From a bacterium (GTDB lineage Bacteria; Hydrothermota; UBA3072; JAPDKE01), in NCBI GenBank assembly GCA_029258725.1, contig JAPDKE010000022.1, positions 10,881 through 74,880 of the forward strand: a stretch of DNA of 64,000 nt, given 5' to 3'. A program made the translations under genes and the position numbers. The stretch's first letter is position 1; every line of letters begins with the position of its first letter. Of this stretch, positions 1 to 8,985 are shown in pieces. A model generated the notes under the pieces. The model made no database searches. It saw only the letters and a program-made list of their open reading frames with translations, and was not told the DNA's origin.

Positions 1-1269
1 GGTTGAAATCTCCCGTGTTGACTCTGCAGACCTTGCAGCAAGTTTCCTCACCTCATCCGCAACAACCGCAAATCCCCTTCCGTATTCTCCTGCCCTTGCA
101 GCCTCTATGGTTGCATTCAATGCAAGGATATTTGTTCTCTTGGTTATCCCCTCAATTGTATCGGTTATAACAGATATTCTCTCCGACTTTTCTCCAACCT
201 CCCGTGCAACCTTTAAAAGTTCCTCCATTGCAGCAGTTATTGCAACCATGCGCTTTGCAGCCTCATCTGCAGAGAGTTTACCCTCTCTTGAAAGTGCATC
301 CGCCACAGAACTTGCCTCTTCGGTTTCCTGTGCCTTTGAAACGGTTAGTTTGACAACATCAAGTGCCTTCTTTGCCATCTCTACTGCCTTCTGCACCTCC
401 TCCGCCTGTTTTGAAGACGCCTGAGAGATTTCCTGAATGGTGGATGAAATCTCCTCACTTGATGCGGTCATCTCCTGACTTGACGCGGAGAGTTCCTCGG
501 AATGGGATGCAAGTCTGTTAGCAACATCCTTCGTTTCCCTCACTATCCTTTCTATCCCATCCATAAACAGATTGAATGCCTCTGCAAGTTCTCCAACCTC
601 GTCCTTTACCTCAACCTCAACCCTCCGTGTTAAATCTCCCTGGCCCTCTGCTATTTCTCGCATCCTCCCTGAAAGGTCCTTTATTTTGTGTGTTGCCCAG
701 TAAACGGAGAGGTAGGTTACTCCAATGCCTGCAAGGACGAATATAAGGGATGAGATGAAAGAGAGCAGGGTGGCATATCTTCTTGCAAGGAAGACATCCT
801 CAAGGGAGGAGATTATCATGACAAATCCAATAGGAGTCTTCTCTCCTCCAAGGGCAGAGGTACTGTAAACCGGTGCTATGCATACAGTATGGTTTCTTTC
901 CCTCCAGTAAATTCCATTTTTTTCAAGTGCTTTTTTTGTAATATTCTCATCCAGAGCTGTGGTATCCATCTCTATTTTTCCCCTCACGAGTATCGGATTT
1001 CCGTTTATGTCGTAAAGTGCTATACCCAGAATGTTCTCTTCGCTCAAAAGACCATTAACAGCACCCTCAATCAGGGTTGCATCACCGGAGAATATTGCGA
1101 GTTCCGATGAGTATCCCAGTGTTCTTGCAACCGCCATTCCTTCCATGAATTTTCTCTTCATCAGCATCCTTGAGACATACCCTGTAACAACAAGGGAAAG
1201 GATAACCGCAAAAACAACAAGAATCCCGAGAAGGGGAATGATAATCCTTCCCTTTAATGTTTTTATCAC
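1..1269 (-). CDS. Methyl-accepting chemotaxis protein, partial (C-terminus lies beyond the window start)
   Basis: Minus-strand translation from a GTG at 1269, overlapping the upstream stop in a GTGA arrangement. It gives an N-terminal TM helix, a ~140-aa periplasmic segment, a second TM helix, a HAMP-like region and the conserved MCP signalling core ([36 protein letters not shown]). It is absent from the ORF track because it runs off the window edge. Confidence 0.85.
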   Translation of the reverse strand, partial: MIKTLKGRIIIPLLGILVVFAVILSLVVTGYVSRMLMKRKFMEGMAVARTLGYSSELAIFSGDATLIEGAVNGLLSEENILGIALYDINGNPILVRGKIEMDTTALDENITKKALEKNGIYWRERNHTVCIAPVYSTSALGGEKTPIGFVMIISSLEDVFLARRYATLLSFISSLIFVLAGIGVTYLSVYWATHKIKDLSGRMREIAEGQGDLTRRVEVEVKDEVGELAEAFNLFMDGIERIVRETKDVANRLASHSEELSASSQEMTASSEEISSTIQEISQASSKQAEEVQKAVEMAKKALDVVKLTVSKAQETEEASSVADALSREGKLSADEAAKRMVAITAAMEELLKVAREVGEKSERISVITDTIEGITKRTNILALNATIEAARAGEYGRGFAVVADEVRKLAARSAESTREIST

Positions 1270-2093
1270 TTGAACACCTCCTTTGCCTTGCTCATAACAC
1301 TTCGGGGTATGTCGACCCCGAGTTTCTCTGCAATTCTCAGATTTATCACAACCTCTCCTCTGGGATACACTTTTCCGAGGGACGATGGTTTTGAACCTCC
1401 AAGTATCTTTTTTGCCATGTTTCCTGCCTTTTCTCCCATATCCATATAGTCAGGAGAAAGGGAAAAAAGTGCTCCTGCCTTCACATACTCTCTGGTTACT
1501 CCATACACAGGAAAAAGGTTCCCGTACGATGCCATGAGGATGAATTTGAAGGAGGCATCCTGTAAAACAACCTCGTCCGGAACCATAAAAAATGCATCTA
1601 TTTCCTTCATGAATTTAAGTGCTATGTTTACCTGTCCAGGGGTCTGGGCTGTTGCCTTTTCACATGATATTCCAAGATTGGTCGCCGCCGCTTCAAAGTT
1701 CTTCATCATGGAAGAACTTTTATCTATATTGAATACCACACCTATCTTTTTCACTCCGGGCAAAAACTCTCTCAAAAGAGCAAGCTGATCCATGAAGGAA
1801 GGAACAAGATATACCCCGCATAATCTCTTTTCCTTTTTGAGATTGTCCTCCGGCAGGATACCTGCTCCCACCACATTCCCTGAGAATGCCGAAAGAACTT
1901 TTTCCACTGTCTGCCATCCGCGTGCGATTACAACCTTATAATTCTGAAGATTGGGAACGCCTTTCTTTCCCCGGTCCAGTGAAAAAACATCTGCTTCCAC
2001 TATCTTTTTTATTCCCGCCTCTATCGTGTTCCAGGGTTCCCCATCCCCCCACTTGACCACCGCAACCTCAGCAGACAGGAGCAAGAATATCAT
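1266..2093 (-). CDS. ABC transporter substrate-binding protein (ABC_sub_bind / BMP-like family)
   Basis: 275 aa. The sequence ([51 protein letters not shown]) resembles the periplasmic ABC_sub_bind family. Its stop overlaps the MCP start. Confidence 0.65.
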   Translation of the reverse strand: MIFLLLSAEVAVVKWGDGEPWNTIEAGIKKIVEADVFSLDRGKKGVPNLQNYKVVIARGWQTVEKVLSAFSGNVVGAGILPEDNLKKEKRLCGVYLVPSFMDQLALLREFLPGVKKIGVVFNIDKSSSMMKNFEAAATNLGISCEKATAQTPGQVNIALKFMKEIDAFFMVPDEVVLQDASFKFILMASYGNLFPVYGVTREYVKAGALFSLSPDYMDMGEKAGNMAKKILGGSKPSSLGKVYPRGEVVINLRIAEKLGVDIPRSVMSKAKEVFK

Positions 2094-2176
2094 GTTTTTA
2101 ATTTAGCAAATGAAAAGTTCCATGTCAACAAAAAACCGTTCCATTCGTGTAAGAAAGAAATGGAGAGGACTAAAGC

Positions 2177-2581
2177 TCACTGTACTCCCTCAACCTTTAT
2201 ACCTTCCGTTTCCAGCATTTTTGTCAATATTCCCTTCCCTGGAACCCTTTCCCAGTCAACATTTGTGAAATTCACTCCACATGAAGGGCTTCCTTCCTTC
2301 AATATCGCCTTTTTTATCCCCAGTTTTTTGCATAATTCAACCACCATCCCTGCACCTCTCAGGAAATTTTCGGTAACATCCTCCCCTTCTTCATTTACCA
2401 CTTTCCCTCCTGAAAGGGTTGCCCTGGGACGGGGAGTGGGAAGACCTCCAAGCTGTTCAGGACAGAGGGGGAGCAGACACTCCCCCTCTGCAAGTTTTAA
2501 AACTTCCTCCCTTTTTGCATCTTTACCATTATATCGTGTTGGAAGACCTATAAGACAGGCACTTACAAGTATTCTTTTCAT
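2177..2581 (-). CDS. DUF523 family protein (TudS-like putative [4Fe-4S] protein)
   Basis: 134 aa. SACLIG..RYNG, LPLCPEQLGGLPTPRPRA and EGSPSCG match the DUF523 architecture. Its start overlaps the hydA stop (ATGA), so it looks translationally coupled. Confidence 0.7.
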   Translation of the reverse strand: MKRILVSACLIGLPTRYNGKDAKREEVLKLAEGECLLPLCPEQLGGLPTPRPRATLSGGKVVNEEGEDVTENFLRGAGMVVELCKKLGIKKAILKEGSPSCGVNFTNVDWERVPGKGILTKMLETEGIKVEGVQ

Positions 2582-3858
2582 TTCTTTACCTTCACACGCA
2601 GCATGTGAACAGAACAGCTTATGCAGGGGTCGTATGCCCTGGGTATGAGTTCAAGCCTGAGTTCAAAATCCTCAGGGGGATTCTTAACCAGATTCTCGGC
2701 GGCTCTCCTGAGATATTTTTCCATATCGTCCAGGTTCTGTGCTGTTGGGGTTATAATATCACATTCAACAGTCCTTCCATTTTCAACTTTATAGTGATGA
2801 TAAAGCGTTCCCCTGGGTGCCTCAACAGCTCCTGTCCCTTCTCCTTCCTTAACCTCGGGCTCCTTCAGTTCAGGGTCCGGGAGAGAAAGTATCCTGTCCA
2901 CAAGAGGAGGTATCTGTTCAAGACAGAAAAGAATCTCAATTGCCTGGGCAAGGTTGTTAAAGAGAGGGTTCCTTTTCCACCTTTCACTCCAGAGCCTCCT
3001 GAAGAAATCCCCCGCCTTCCCGGGTAGTCTCTCTCCCAGGATGTTCACCCTTGCAAGTGCACCAACGGTAAATGGAGAACCTGCGTAGGATGAGCGTTTT
3101 GCAAAGGAATGAGGAACAACCCTCTCGTTTGTTACCTTTTTATACTCCTCCACATCAAACCTTTCACCCTTTGAAGTTATTATCGTATTCCCAATAAACC
3201 CGAACCCATCATCCTCAGGAACAAGACAGATAAAGTTTGTCTCCTCCTCCATGTAGTCCGGTATCTCCATTGCAGGGAATGCCATTATCCCATCCTCTAT
3301 CACAGGAATAAGGGCAAGTGCACGGGACTTTATGTGCTCAAGGGCGTCTTTTTCAGGAATCCTGCCCATGTATCCTATCCTTATGTTCTCACCATGAATT
3401 GCCTTTCCGTTTATCGTCTCCATGATGAAGTTTCCGAACTTCTTGAGTTCAAGACCACCGAGAACAAGATCCCCGTATTTTTCAGCCATTGAGATCGCAT
3501 CTGGATATCCAAAAAAGTCCGGAAGTGCGAGGAGGTAATAGTGGAGTGAATGGCTCTCTATATATTCCCCATAGTGAACGAGTTTCCTCAAAAGCCTTAT
3601 CTTCTCAGGAACCTCAACCCCGCCTGCACGTTCAAATCCACGGACGGATGCAAGACGGTGGGAGGTGGAGCATATGGAGCATATCCTGGTAACTATGGAT
3701 ATAACATCGTCCGGTCTCTTTCCAAGAACAACGGTCTCTATGAGCCTTGGACCCTCGTATATATCCATTCTCACTTCTTTTACCCTTTCATCTTCCATTT
3801 CAACATATATTCCACCTTCTCCCTCAACCCTTGCAAGGGGCATTATATTTATCTTCAT
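2578..3858 (-). CDS. hydA: [NiFe] hydrogenase large (alpha) subunit, group 3b sulfhydrogenase type
   Basis: 426 aa. N-terminal RICSICSTSH and C-terminal DPCISCSVH are the two nickel-binding CxxC motifs of NiFe large subunits. Operon context with beta, gamma and delta subunits supports group 3b. Confidence 0.9.
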   Translation of the reverse strand: MKINIMPLARVEGEGGIYVEMEDERVKEVRMDIYEGPRLIETVVLGKRPDDVISIVTRICSICSTSHRLASVRGFERAGGVEVPEKIRLLRKLVHYGEYIESHSLHYYLLALPDFFGYPDAISMAEKYGDLVLGGLELKKFGNFIMETINGKAIHGENIRIGYMGRIPEKDALEHIKSRALALIPVIEDGIMAFPAMEIPDYMEEETNFICLVPEDDGFGFIGNTIITSKGERFDVEEYKKVTNERVVPHSFAKRSSYAGSPFTVGALARVNILGERLPGKAGDFFRRLWSERWKRNPLFNNLAQAIEILFCLEQIPPLVDRILSLPDPELKEPEVKEGEGTGAVEAPRGTLYHHYKVENGRTVECDIITPTAQNLDDMEKYLRRAAENLVKNPPEDFELRLELIPRAYDPCISCSVHMLRVKVKK

Positions 3859-4595
3859 TTCACCTCCCTTACTTTACCACCAAATATCTTCATCCTGTTT
3901 CTGAGTTCCTCAGGGGAGTATCCTTTCTCAAGCAAAAGTTTATATTCGGATGAAACGTTTTCCTCCTCAACAGGACCAAAACATCCTATACACGGGATGT
4001 TATGAGTGGGACATATTGCACCACATCCACCCCTGGTTATTGGACCAAGGCATATCTTTCCCTTCATGAGCAGACACTCATTCTCCTTCCACTTGCACTC
4101 CGCACATACCGCAAAGCTGTAAAGTTCGGGCATGGTTCCAAGCAAAAGTTTACCGGCAGCAGAGAGAAACTGATGTTTGTTTATGGGGCATCCCGGGATA
4201 ACCGCATCAACCCTGACAAACATTCCCAGAGGCTCGTGAGGTATGGGTCGGGTATGAATGAAGTTCACATCACCGTAAACCTTCTTCAACCTCTCTTCCC
4301 AGTTATTTTCTGATATCTGGACACCACCAAATATCGCACAGTGTCCAACCGCAACCAGGATTTTGCTTTTTTCTCTCACACGCTTGAGCAGATGAAGATT
4401 CTCCTCTGTTGATACCGACCCTTCAACGAATGCTATATCAAGTTCTGTATCCTCATCATGGGCGCTTGATGCCATCGCAAAGGATTTAACCTCCACAACA
4501 TCAAAGAGTGAAAGCAACTGGTCCTCGCAGTTAAGCATATTGAGCATGTCCCCTGCACATCCTGTAAGTTCGTAAAATCCAACCTTTGGCTTCAT
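3855..4595 (-). CDS. hydD: [NiFe] hydrogenase small (delta) subunit, sulfhydrogenase
   Basis: 246 aa. Cys-rich FeS cluster motifs (GCAGD near the N-terminus; CPINKHQF, CAECKWKENEC, GGCGAICPTHNIPCIGCFGP) are typical of group 3 small subunits. Confidence 0.85.
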   Translation of the reverse strand: MKPKVGFYELTGCAGDMLNMLNCEDQLLSLFDVVEVKSFAMASSAHDEDTELDIAFVEGSVSTEENLHLLKRVREKSKILVAVGHCAIFGGVQISENNWEERLKKVYGDVNFIHTRPIPHEPLGMFVRVDAVIPGCPINKHQFLSAAGKLLLGTMPELYSFAVCAECKWKENECLLMKGKICLGPITRGGCGAICPTHNIPCIGCFGPVEEENVSSEYKLLLEKGYSPEELRNRMKIFGGKVREVK

Positions 4596-4604
4596 TTTTA
4601 CCTC

Positions 4605-5438
4605 CTATATGAGTTCCTTCATGTGCAAGACGTCCCAGTAGGTGAACACAGGACCATCAAGGCATGTGTATATATATTCTATTGCACAGTGTCCGCACTT
4701 GCCTATCCCGCATTTCATCCTGCGTTCAAGGGTCATGAGTATCTGGTTTTTTGGTATCTGTAATTCCACAAGTTTTTCAACCACAAACTTATACATCACA
4801 GGAGGTCCACATACGGCAGCATATGTATTCTTCGGGTCTATTCCCTTGACATACCTGAAAAGTTCTGTGACAACCCCGGTGTATGCAGGCCATCTTCCGG
4901 TATCATCCCTGTCAACCGTGAGAAGACATACAAGGTCATCCCTGTGCATGAGCTCAAGGAATTCCTCCCGGAAGAGCATATCATCCGGTGTCCTTGCACC
5001 GTGAAGGAGGTATATCTTTCCAAACAGTTCGCGGTTGTCCAGTGCGTAAAGCAAGAGTGAACGGAGGGGTGCAGCACCAAGTCCCCCCATTATTATGAGA
5101 AGGTCGTGTCCCTCCATCTGCTCAACAGGAAATCCATTCCCGTAGGGTCCTCTCAGCCATATTACCGCATTTTCCTTGAGTTCAAAGATTTTCTCTGTTA
5201 GCCTTCCCACCTTCCTTATGCAGAACTCATAAAGCCCGGGACGGGATGGCGTTGAGGAGATGGAGAAGGGAGCCTCTCCTATTCCTGGAAGGGATATCAT
5301 CATGAACTGTCCTGGCCTGTAGTTGAGTTCACACACCTCGGTTCCCATGTATGGTCTCACCTGGAAGAATTTCACATCGTCGGTGAGCCTGTATATCCTC
5401 ACTATCCTTGCACGCTGCATTTCATATGGATTCATCAT
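4605..5438 (-). CDS. hydG: Sulfhydrogenase gamma subunit (FAD/NAD(P)-binding oxidoreductase with 2Fe-2S)
   Basis: It carries a ferredoxin-NADP reductase-like fold (RIVRIYRLTDDVKFFQV, LLIIMGGLGAAPLRS) and a C-terminal CGIGKCGHC 2Fe-2S motif. I place the start at the internal ATG at 5438, which overlaps the hydB stop as ATGA. The longer track ORF to 5522 would overlap hydB by 88 nt. Confidence 0.8.
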   Translation of the reverse strand: MMNPYEMQRARIVRIYRLTDDVKFFQVRPYMGTEVCELNYRPGQFMMISLPGIGEAPFSISSTPSRPGLYEFCIRKVGRLTEKIFELKENAVIWLRGPYGNGFPVEQMEGHDLLIIMGGLGAAPLRSLLLYALDNRELFGKIYLLHGARTPDDMLFREEFLELMHRDDLVCLLTVDRDDTGRWPAYTGVVTELFRYVKGIDPKNTYAAVCGPPVMYKFVVEKLVELQIPKNQILMTLERRMKCGIGKCGHCAIEYIYTCLDGPVFTYWDVLHMKELI

Positions 5439-6478
5439 TCCTCCCCCCTTGCCCATATTGCATCGACCTTTTCTCCTTTGAGTGCTTTTGCAACATTGGG
5501 CACATTTATTCCCACAGGACATGCATCAACACATCTTCCGCATCCAACGCATGCGGGTTTTCCAAACTGGCTCATAAACCCGGTAAGTTTGTGGGTGTAA
5601 AAGAGTTTCAACCTGTCGGACCTCTTCTCCCTGAAGTTGTGTCCGCCCGCAACCAGGGAGTATTCCTTAAACATGCACGAGTCCCAGTGACGATCACGCT
5701 TTATTCTCTCTTCATAGAAAACATTCTCATCCACAACATTGTAACAGTTGCATGTTGGACATACCATTGAACATGAGCCACAGGAGAGACATGCCTCTCC
5801 TATTTTTTCCCATATGGGTCTTTTGTAACTTATCTCCACAATCTCAGGCATTCCGGTAAGGTCAAGGTCGGTCTTGAACATCTTATCCCTCTTTCTTCTC
5901 CACTCTATGTATCTTTCTATATCCTCCTCGGTAACATCTTCATCAAAAAGGTCTTCCCTTATCCTGGTAAGGTCATCCCCAAGACTTGACCCAACCCACA
6001 CTAAGTAAAACTCACCCTCCACATCGCTGAAGAAGAGGTCAAACCCCTCCTCCACACTGTGGGTATTTGTTGCAATACAGAAGCATTTTTCATCAGGAAG
6101 GCAGGAGAATCCCAGGATCGCTGTGTTTTTTCTCCTTTTGATGTAGTAAGGGTCAGGATAGTGTTCCATAAAAAGCCTGTCCAGAATGAGAATGCCAAAG
6201 ATATCACAGGGATGAAGCCCGAAGATGATCCGCCGGCTCTCATCAAACTCCTCCTCCCAGCGCCCATCCCTGTAAGAAAACATGGTGAACCTGGGAGGAA
6301 CAAAGAACTTCTTGGGTGGGAGTATCGTTCTCCGTGCAGTGAGGTCAAACTCGGAAGGGTCTTTCTTTGCAAAAACGAACTTCTCCCCCTTCCTTACAGG
6401 ACCCCATACCTCACCCCACTCCTCAAGGGAACGCAGATACTCCACCAGTTTCGTCTTATCCAGCTTTATAACCCTCAT
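5435..6478 (-). CDS. hydB: Sulfhydrogenase beta subunit (4Fe-4S, HydB/ShyB-like)
   Basis: 347 aa with CLSCGSCSMVCPTCNCY and CVGCGRCVDACP ferredoxin-type motifs. It is the first gene of the hyd operon and has the RBS AAAGGAGG upstream. Confidence 0.85.
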   Translation of the reverse strand: MRVIKLDKTKLVEYLRSLEEWGEVWGPVRKGEKFVFAKKDPSEFDLTARRTILPPKKFFVPPRFTMFSYRDGRWEEEFDESRRIIFGLHPCDIFGILILDRLFMEHYPDPYYIKRRKNTAILGFSCLPDEKCFCIATNTHSVEEGFDLFFSDVEGEFYLVWVGSSLGDDLTRIREDLFDEDVTEEDIERYIEWRRKRDKMFKTDLDLTGMPEIVEISYKRPIWEKIGEACLSCGSCSMVCPTCNCYNVVDENVFYEERIKRDRHWDSCMFKEYSLVAGGHNFREKRSDRLKLFYTHKLTGFMSQFGKPACVGCGRCVDACPVGINVPNVAKALKGEKVDAIWARGEE

Positions 6479-6494
6479 TTCCTTTTACCTCCTT

Positions 6495-6512
6495 TTGTGA
6501 ATTTTTTCACAA
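6495..6512. promoter_or_regulatory. Rex operator (perfect palindrome TTGTGAA-N4-TTCACAA) in the hydB promoter
   Basis: Plus strand 6495-6512 reads ttgtgaattttttcacaa, an 18-bp perfect inverted repeat that matches the Rex box consensus TTGTGAAnnnnTTCACAA. It lies between the putative -10 and the RBS of hydB. Confidence 0.6.
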
Positions 6513-6540
6513 ATATATAAAAATAAAATCGGGTTTGTCA
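6513..6540 (-). promoter_or_regulatory. Putative sigma70-type promoter of the hyd operon (TTGACA-N16-TATATA)
   Basis: Minus strand reads TTGACAAACCCGATTTTATTTTTATATATT immediately upstream of the Rex box, about 45-65 nt upstream of the hydB ATG. Confidence 0.35.
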
Positions 6541-6584
6541 AGTTGTAATATTGGAATTTCAAGGGATTGTGAAATGAGGGGGTT

Positions 6585-7622
6585 TTATCTTCTTATAAGT
6601 CCATAAACAGGCACGATTGCTCGGAAGGGGCAGAGTTCCTGGCAGCTCATGCACCCTATGCACCTTGAATAGTTTATCCTTGCTGTGTCTTTTATTTCAA
6701 TCGCACCAGCAGGGCAGTTTCTCATGCATACTCCACATCCCGTGCATTTTTCAGGAAGAACTCCTGGTTTTACCCGATAAAGGCGGGAAAGAATATGTCC
6801 TGCCCAGGAAGGAAGCAGGTGATACCATCTTTTCCCCGGGAGTTTCAGCCGGAACCTGAAATCTCCCTCAACCGTATAAGAAGGCAGAATTTTCTTTCTT
6901 TCTGCAATTCTTTTCAATGGAAATCCACCTGCTCCTGTCCTCTTTGCAACCTCAACATCAAGTGCAAGGGCAGAGGGAGAGCCGGCAACGATTCCGGGAC
7001 GGACAGGATTTCCGGCAGATGGTCCATTTCCCTCCATTCCCCATATTCCATCAAGAAGCGTCAGGTCCGGTTTTACGAGAAAATAAAGTTCGAGCAACAT
7101 GTGGGAGAAGGAGAATGGGTCCGGATATTTAGTGTGAAGTTTCTTTTTTGTGACCCCCGGGATTAACCCGTAGAGGTTTTTAACCCCCAGGGTGAGGGTT
7201 GTCAGGGTATGTGTCTTGAGTTTTGGCAGATTTATTATCCTGTCAACCTTTTCAAGGACCGAGGTTAAAAGCCATCCATTTTTTAAAATGGTTCTTTCTT
7301 TATCGAAGAGAACGCATGGATATCCCAGGTCCTTTATCCCGGTTCTTTCAAAAAGTTCCTCTCCAATTCCCTGCATTCCAGGGCTGTCCCCGATAATCAC
7401 CTTCCCTCCTGCTTCCTCAATAAGTTCACACACCGCTCTCACAAAATCAGGATGGGTTGTCACTGCATGTTCAGGAGTATGAGGGGAGAGAAGATTTGGT
7501 TTAACAAGGACTCTTTCACCCTTTCTTACAAATCTTTCAATCCCTCCAAGTCTATCCACTACCTCTTTCAGCGCCTCCTTTACATCGGAATAACTTTCAC
7601 ACCGTGAAAATACAACCTTCAT
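6585..7622 (-). CDS. DUF362 domain protein with C-terminal 2x[4Fe-4S] ferredoxin domain
   Basis: 345 aa with an N-terminal DUF362-like region and C-terminal CTGCGVCMRNCP / CIGCMSCQELCP motifs. Confidence 0.7.
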   Translation of the reverse strand: MKVVFSRCESYSDVKEALKEVVDRLGGIERFVRKGERVLVKPNLLSPHTPEHAVTTHPDFVRAVCELIEEAGGKVIIGDSPGMQGIGEELFERTGIKDLGYPCVLFDKERTILKNGWLLTSVLEKVDRIINLPKLKTHTLTTLTLGVKNLYGLIPGVTKKKLHTKYPDPFSFSHMLLELYFLVKPDLTLLDGIWGMEGNGPSAGNPVRPGIVAGSPSALALDVEVAKRTGAGGFPLKRIAERKKILPSYTVEGDFRFRLKLPGKRWYHLLPSWAGHILSRLYRVKPGVLPEKCTGCGVCMRNCPAGAIEIKDTARINYSRCIGCMSCQELCPFRAIVPVYGLIRR

Positions 7623-7631
7623 AAATTAAAA

Positions 7632-7649
7632 GGGGGGCGGGAGCCCCCC
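7632..7649 (-). terminator. Rho-independent terminator hairpin (GGGGGGC-GGGA-GCCCCCC) downstream of the lipoprotein gene
   Basis: GC-rich perfect stem followed by a T-run on the minus strand (..CCCCCCTTTTAATTTAT). Confidence 0.5.
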
Positions 7650-7656
7650 TTATTCT

Positions 7657-8427
7657 TTAAAACTTCTTGAACCCAGGGACCAGCTGATATGCGTACCTGA
7701 ACTTGATGTAGTGCTCGGAGTAGTCGCCAGTGCTCTGATACTCGGTTATCTCCATCTTTACGAAGTGGACGTTATCGGTTCCTACATTGAGCTTGAAAAC
7801 AAAAGTGCCTTCCTGTATCTGGACTTCCTTAAGAAAGTCTCCAGCAGGAACCTGTGCAAGGTTATCGTATGCTGTTTCGCTTGCCATAATTCCTGTGGTC
7901 TTCCATTCCGTGTTGTAAATATCAGGAGAGTTCATGAAATCAAGGGTATCAATATAGAAATCTATGGTTGCAAGGACAGTGTCCTCAGCAGTCATTGAGA
8001 TTATGTCGTAGGAACCGTCTTCATTCCATCTGAAGCCTGAAGGACCGGAAGCCCTCCAGTTGTAAACAGGTCCAACATCTTCTTCCTCAACAGGGATGGT
8101 TGTTACCGTATTGGAGGGGTCACTTTCAACATCGCCCTTGTATGCAACAACGTAGTAGTCTGCTATAGGAGCATCTTCAATAGTGATCTCACTTTCGGTA
8201 ACTTCATAAACCAAGGTTGTATCACCTGCTGATACATAAACCCTGTATCCATCAATATCTGCGGTTGGTGAGGGATCCCAGTCAAGAACCACGGAGAGAG
8301 AATCTCCGGTCACAGCGATGGTGAGGTTTGTTGGTGGTTCTGGTGGTGCGACGGGTCCTTCCTCACCACATCCCGCGAGAAAGCCAAGAACAAACACAAA
8401 GCCAAGAACAGGATAAAGTTTTCTCAT
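7657..8427 (-). CDS. Lipoprotein with fibronectin-III-like domain, hypothetical
   Basis: Signal peptide with lipobox (VLGFLAGCG) followed by an FN3-like stretch (PPEPPTNLTIAVTGDSLSVVLDWDP..GYRVYV). Confidence 0.55.
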   Translation of the reverse strand: MRKLYPVLGFVFVLGFLAGCGEEGPVAPPEPPTNLTIAVTGDSLSVVLDWDPSPTADIDGYRVYVSAGDTTLVYEVTESEITIEDAPIADYYVVAYKGDVESDPSNTVTTIPVEEEDVGPVYNWRASGPSGFRWNEDGSYDIISMTAEDTVLATIDFYIDTLDFMNSPDIYNTEWKTTGIMASETAYDNLAQVPAGDFLKEVQIQEGTFVFKLNVGTDNVHFVKMEITEYQSTGDYSEHYIKFRYAYQLVPGFKKF

Positions 8428-8438
8428 GTTTCACCTCC

Positions 8439-8708
8439 TTATTTTACCTTTTTGGGATGATACTTCTTCATGTGGAGTTCATAATCCTGTTTGAGTTTTT
8501 TGAAATCCTCCTTGAGCTTATCAAATTCTGCACACTTTTCCTTCATTGCAGAGAGTTCCCCCTCAAGGTTCTGGACCTTTGTCTCCAGTTCGGAGACCTT
8601 TTTGGTGAGTTCTGCCACCTTATTTTTGAGGTCTGTCACATCCTGAGGTGCCTGAGCACATGCAAATACAAATAGAAACAGAGGAACAAGCCAGAGAGCC
8701 TTCTTCAT
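8439..8708 (-). CDS. Small coiled-coil lipoprotein
   Basis: 89 aa. Signal peptide with lipobox (LFVFACAQ) followed by a heptad-rich, Lpp-like coiled coil. Confidence 0.5.
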   Translation of the reverse strand: MKKALWLVPLFLFVFACAQAPQDVTDLKNKVAELTKKVSELETKVQNLEGELSAMKEKCAEFDKLKEDFKKLKQDYELHMKKYHPKKVK

Positions 8709-8985
8709 CCTTCACCTCCTTTTTTGAGTATTTTATCTCTGATTTTAATCTTGTCAACCCTTCGATTTTTCTCAAATGCGGAGAGCGCGAAAGGTGCAAC
8801 CACTTTAAGATACTGGTGAAATAAGTCTCCTGCATGAAAAGAGGATAAAAAACCAAATTGTTAACGGGGAATGTTCGACCCCGAGAGAACATGGTTTTAT
8901 TTTAGAGGTGGAAAAGAGGATGTCAAACCAGAGATTTTAAAAAAGTGCATATTGACATATACAATTTTTTTAGTAAAATTGTACT

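Noticed and set aside
107-424. 105-aa plus-strand ORF (plus others at 889..1110 and 1031..1273)
   Set aside because: They lie antisense to the methyl-accepting chemotaxis protein gene, which reads convincingly on the minus strand. The composition is low-complexity Ser/Ala-rich, as expected from the reverse frame of an MCP coiled coil.
2263-2276. TTGTGAAATTCAC resembling a Rex half-site pair
   Set aside because: The spacing is wrong (1 nt instead of 4) and it lies inside the DUF523 coding sequence, not a promoter.
2160-3027. Plus-strand ORFs 2160..2648 and 2605..3027
   Set aside because: Antisense to the DUF523 and hydA genes, and Pro/Ser-rich with no motifs.
4605-5522. Longer hydG ORF starting MSCGNKCAQCC...
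   Set aside because: It would overlap hydB by 88 nt. An internal ATG at 5438 gives a canonical ATGA stop/start overlap and leaves the conserved N-terminus (MNPYEM..RIVRI) intact.
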